Assembly: GCA_965644295.1 (NCBI GenBank)
Contig: CBFFRP010000376.1
Location: 1-64,000, forward strand
DNA: 64,000 nt
Direction of reading: 5' to 3'
Origin: Paraphysomonas bandaiensis
Lineage: Eukaryota; Protista; Chrysophyceae
Shown: one piece after another, positions 58,681 through 64,000 of the stretch
Position numbering within the stretch: the stretch's first letter is position 1
Layout of the letters: each line of letters starts with the position of its first letter
Notes under the pieces: generated by a model
Seen by the model: the letters and a program-made list of their open reading frames with translations, nothing else
Told to the model about the DNA's origin: nothing
Database searches by the model: none
Program-made: the position numbers and the translations under genes

Positions 58681-61600
58681 TTAAATATGCTGAGCATTCA
58701 ACTCTACTGTAGGTCCACTCGTATACCTTCCAATTGGGAGTTGACTGGGAGTATTTTGACCATTGGAAGTGTATAAATCTACAGATACAATCGACGTTGA
58801 CGTTTCATTTGAACTTAGGACCATTGTGTCATGCATATCATTGCTCTCAATATCGCATAACTCTAATTCTACAAATTCTTGTTAAAAAGTGCATATCAAA
58901 TTGTTTATAGATATATAAAAGAACACCTTCAACACAACCATATCACGAACTGATACCACATAGATACTGTGCACCATCTTACCATTAGGAGGGAAATAAC
59001 CAACAGGTGCAATTTTTGGACTGTGGCGCTGGCGAATGAAGCGTTCCGCACTATCTGAAAGTAGAGATCGAGATGTAGTCATCCTGATGGTGTCATTCGA
59101 AATTTGTGCTTCTTCCTCTGACAAGGCACACACCACCACTTTTTTTCCCCCACTGATTCTTCTAATGAAAAAATTAGCACACTATAAAGCGAAGGCAAAA
59201 TTAGAGTACTCACTTAATTTTCTTTAAGGCTGACGCGACAAGCGAAAAATTATCAGTCATTTCTTCGTCGTTTCCTGCAACGCCATCATCATGATAAAAC
59301 CCGGAAATATCAGCGCATCTTAGTAGATAAGAGTTTTCATTGTCTCCTTCTCTCTTTGAATAAGAGATATTTAGAAAATCTAATTCGACGGGAGAAATTT
59401 TGTCCATAGTGGATCTATATTATCGGTAAAAGTAATGTTGAGTACAAACAGCAATGAAAAACACTTACTGAGAAATATGGACTTTTCCTGGAACTCCAGA
59501 GGATTCCATACGATTTGCAGTAACTGCTGCAGCACCCCACAGCAAGTATCTAGGCTTATTAAGGCTTACCACTGAACCGACAGCATTGCCGCTATGGATC
59601 CCCACTCGAAGCTCAATCTCAACACCATACTTCTGTTGTATATATAGCAACACACATCAGACCAGGTAACAAACATTGAACATAAAATGAATATATTGGT
59701 GTGCACTGCCCAAGGGAGGTCAAATCTCACCTCGCAAACACTTTTCATGTCTTGGAGCATATGAAAAGCAAATAATACACAATTCATTGCACTGTTACGC
59801 TTCTGCGAATGGCACGGTAGTCCCCCAACTACCACAAATGCATCACCAATAATGTCTACTTTATAAAGCCCGAAATAATTCAGATGGCGATCAAACAAAG
59901 AATAAATATCATTGAGCAATGCGCACAGATCCAACGGATGCAATTTCGCAGACAACTGAGTGAATCCCTTCATATCACTGTATAACAGGGTAACATCCTT
60001 GAGCTCCTCTGTGACAGTTTTTCCATGCAAAAGCTTCATTGCATGCTCAGGAGATGGCAGCATATTGCTCAGCAGATACTGGGACTTGAACCTGATTAAC
60101 ATATAATCACGCGTTGTACACTATACATTGCAAAAGATTGGGTTAACAACATACATTTCATCTTTCATGATGTAATATCCGATGTACTCAGTTCTCTCAG
60201 CCCTTTCCTGCAGATACCGAATCCACGTGGCTATGAACTGAAAACAACACCGCGCCAACAGAATCAAAGGAAATAGTGATACAACTTGAAACTCACTGCG
60301 TACCAGAGTACTTAAACTAAATAGAAGAGAAGTCCAATCTGGTCCATTATCGTCTTTTTCTGTCACTCCACAAGCAAACAGCATAACAGGAATGAAAATA
60401 ATCATCAGACCACAAAGTGCCACATAATGAAATCTCAATCTGAAGAACAAACAAGTAGACAATATCCCTGCAAGTAAATCAACAAAAATTATTTCATATA
60501 TAAACATGCGAACACTTACACCAAATTTGAAAAGCTGGACCCTTCACGCCGTCTGACTCTGATCTGTAGGAATATAAAAGTAATCATTACTATAGAAAAA
60601 TGCTTTCAGCTATAATCGTACGACATTAGTAACAAAATAGAGTGAGTTTACACGAGATAATTAAAACAATATACGCTGGTGTGTTCTAATAAAGGATTTA
60701 TACAGTACCTGTTGATCACACGAAATATGATTAAATTCAGAGGCAATGCAAAAAATATAATCTGTTGTTAAAAGAAGAAATTATGACGAAAAAATATTTT
60801 ATCGAACGCACACACCCTCTGTTCATAGATATAGTATCTCTCCCAACGCTGCGCTAGGTATGCGATAACACTCCACATGCCACAGTTTATTAAATTTCCA
60901 AAGGAACTCTCTATGATAAAAAAATCTCTTACAATACGTAGAACAAAAAAAGAATTTTTCAACTAACACGTCGTTAAACCAATAGATAAAATATACTGCA
61001 ATCTTCTGAGCATATATATACATGAAATACAACCATATAATGAACCTGTAGTTATCAGTTTGCAAATACGACACACCTTGGTTTACTGTCTTGTGCACGA
61101 AGTACGCGAACGTACTTAATATCGTAACAATTATAATATTCCACTGCTGAGGAATACTCTGCCGATCAAAATCCTCCTGATAGCTTTTTTCAATTTCCTG
61201 AACAACAGAAAGCTGATGGTATTTCCCTTCAACGGTGTCCAAATTATAAGGTTGAAATTCTTCAATTTCAGTCGAACATTGTGGTACGGGATCTTGGGCA
61301 GGTACTGAAGATGACTGATCCACTGAAAACTGCATTGTTGTGGACATTGCTAAATTCGAAAAGAACCAGTTCATCGGTGACAGTTTAAATGACACTTCGG
61401 GTTTGACGGAGTCATCTGTGTTTGAAAGTAAGAAAAATATTGATATACATCCTTATTCCACAAATACCTAGGGTAGTTGTACAAAATCGCAGGGTGTATG
61501 GATTCACCATAATCTGACGTATAAAATTAAAGGTAAAAGGACAAAAAATTCGGATATACCACTGACCCGAGAAGTTTTTGCTTTGTGAAGTTTTGCATAC

Positions 61601-63913
61601 CGGTCCGTGTAGACCCTGTTGCAGATCGTTATTGACATAAAGATATATATCACGGTTAGCAAAAGCGGAAGACATAAAAACACTGTACGCCTACACAACT
61701 AAGATACAACATATACCAAAACTACAACAAAAACTGATTGCAATAATTCTTAGTTGTTATCGGTAACCTTCTAGATATCCGCGACGAGGAAATGCTGAAT
61801 TCCTCTTCCATGTCAGGTTGATAGCCCCTTAACCAGTACAGATCCATACGCCTAGAGTAAATATGAATATATCAGCTTGAACATAGCATACAGACAGCTC
61901 AGCCAAAATACAATCCACAATGAAATAAAGCAATAGCACGTGACAGGAAAACATCGTATTCAATAGGCCTTTACACACAAAACATCTGAGGCACTTCGTT
62001 AATACTAACCCTTTTCCTTTAACTACAACTTGTCCTCTCTTGTCGAAGTCAAACACCTCTGAAACAAAATGTTAGAATATGGATAATGATGAAATATTCA
62101 CCACGTAGGCCTCGCATCACCTGAATATTCCTGCAGTGACTGAAACGTACTAGGCGATAAAAGAACTCGTCCGGGCAAAGAATTAGAGCACATACGAGAT
62201 GCTGTATACATATGAAAAGGAAACATGTGAGACATAAATTCAGTAAAATAGTTGCCACATCATAGGAGCGATGTGTTTTAAGCAACAGCTTTCGCTATAC
62301 TGTCGGTAGAAACAGGTATTCAAATAGTTTACCACTACGAATTCATACCTGTATTAACCGTATCGCCAAAGAGGTGGTAGCTGTAAGACTTTGTTCCAAT
62401 GACTCCTGCTGTCACAGGCCCTGAACAAATACATTATTCCGCATGGTTTCGGATGCAGTATGTCATGTACATGATTGGGGCTACCTGTGTGAAGGCCAAT
62501 TTGTAATTCCACTTTGGAACCATCAGGCCACGCCCAGCAACTATTCTACGAAGCATAGCGTGTTGACGTATAATGATTGACATTTATCAATATCACTAAC
62601 TTCAGTGTTTCACAATTACTACATACATGCATACAGAAGCAGATTAATCACTACCTTAGCGGTTACCAGAAACGAAAGCGCCAATCTTGCCATTGTTACT
62701 GCGTGCTCATTCGACTAAGTATACATATCACAGCCATATTAAAATATAAACCAGCCACATACCTCAACCGGGCATCCCGCACATGCCATGTACACATCAG
62801 CTATGCTCTCCACCTTATATGCACCAGTTTGTTCAACTATATGGTCCATGACCCCCACCATTTGTTGAATTAATTCTACAATATCCTGAATACAACAAAA
62901 TGGGCACAATTAAAGGTATATAATTTCTATATATACTTCATTGACAGATACAGTCTACATATATGTATAAAACAGAAAGATTACATGGGATTTGCTCTTC
63001 AATGAGTGCTCCTCAAATCCAACAATATGGCAAAATAAGATAGTCACGGACGAATGAAACGATGCTAATTTCTCTGTATACCCCTGCTTTAAAGCTTCAG
63101 AAATGTGTAGGGGAAGTATGGATTGGATCAGAGTGTCTTGTCGACATAAATCCGCTCCAATTCTAAGTTGTGACAGATAGCGGCTTCGAGATTCGGATTC
63201 AATGTGCTTTGTATATAAAATCTCGTACGCATACAGCAATGGCAATAAAACAATGCGAAGTCCCAAAATAGAATAGTTTCGCAATATATGCTGGAATATA
63301 ATAAAAGGCAATGTAGTTGTCAGTATAGTGTAGAGACCACATATTGAGACAGTATCTCCAAGCAGCATACCGGAACAGTTGAAGCACATAAATATATAGA
63401 ACATAGAGTCTCCAGTCGACCATATACCTACATAAAAGAGGTACGCTGACTCCTCTATGAGTCCTCGACTATGGTATGATACTGACACAAGGGTATGCAT
63501 AAAGAGAAGAAGAGCACCAATAACGGTATAAGTTAATCGAAGTAGTAAGAATGAATGTTTGGCTCCCATTTTGTGATAAGAAGATATCCACCCGACAAAA
63601 CACACCAACGCTATTGTGACTCGTAATACTAATTCATGTCTTTTCGCATAAGAAGGCCCGTGATATGTGCACATACAAACCAAGAGCGCCACCTGTGCGA
63701 GAATATATAACAACAATGCGATGCGGCACTGTGATCTGATGATGCCACTCTGAAACCGTCGAAAAGACTAAACAATAAAACATTAAAAAATTCAACGATA
63801 TGTTTCTCTTGATGCGTCACCTGCTCAAGGCCCTTATCATCGAAACAAGGAATGAAACTGATTGACGGACACGAGAATCTTCTCAGCATATTTCCCTCAA
63901 GATCTTGAGGCAT
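58681..63913 (-). CDS. Membrane class III nucleotide cyclase (TM-C1-TM-C2), probably a guanylyl cyclase; many introns
   Basis: C1: SILPLHI, VTILFCHIVGF, YKVESIADVY, IGLHT, YHLFGDTVNTASRM. C2: NMLPS, VTLLYSDMKGF, YKVDIIGDAF, RVGIHSG, RYLLWG, ANRMES. The start and stop positions are inferred. Confidence 0.88.
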
Positions 63914-64000
63914 CGGACATATATTACACTCATATCATAAGAGATAGAATGAAGCTACACTGATATGTCTGGTAGATGGTAGCTTTATGTACTAACACTC

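Overview
Eukaryotic nuclear DNA with short GT-AG introns (mostly 45-65 nt), TTAGGG-type repeats and centriole/dynein genes. This fits a flagellated protist, possibly a stramenopile, but the taxon is an inference. It holds about 12 host genes: an EHD-like ATPase, an unknown coiled-coil protein, a cathepsin L-like protease, two sulfotransferase-like proteins, Tctex-1 (mostly missed by the ORF track), POC5, a DMT/EamA transporter, a WD40-TRP-like channel, a TRAPP-like protein, an O-GlcNAc transferase and a two-domain membrane nucleotide cyclase. Ten of these sit in five head-to-head pairs. The tail-to-tail gaps hold the mobile DNA: a young Ty3/Gypsy chromovirus-like element, a young intact Copia, a decayed Copia nested in a solo LTR, hAT relics and MITEs, a 182-bp satellite and a structured dispersed repeat. 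The most unusual signals are four. The Gypsy has an RT motif IFDN instead of YxDD, a single in-frame UGA between gag and pol, a CCCH finger in Gag and a probable tandem arrangement. The Copia has TA...TT termini and a conserved extra post-integrase domain. The EHD has a transmembrane tail instead of an EH domain. The cyclase has swapped C1/C2 catalytic residues. All calls come from reading the sequence by eye; no database searches were run.
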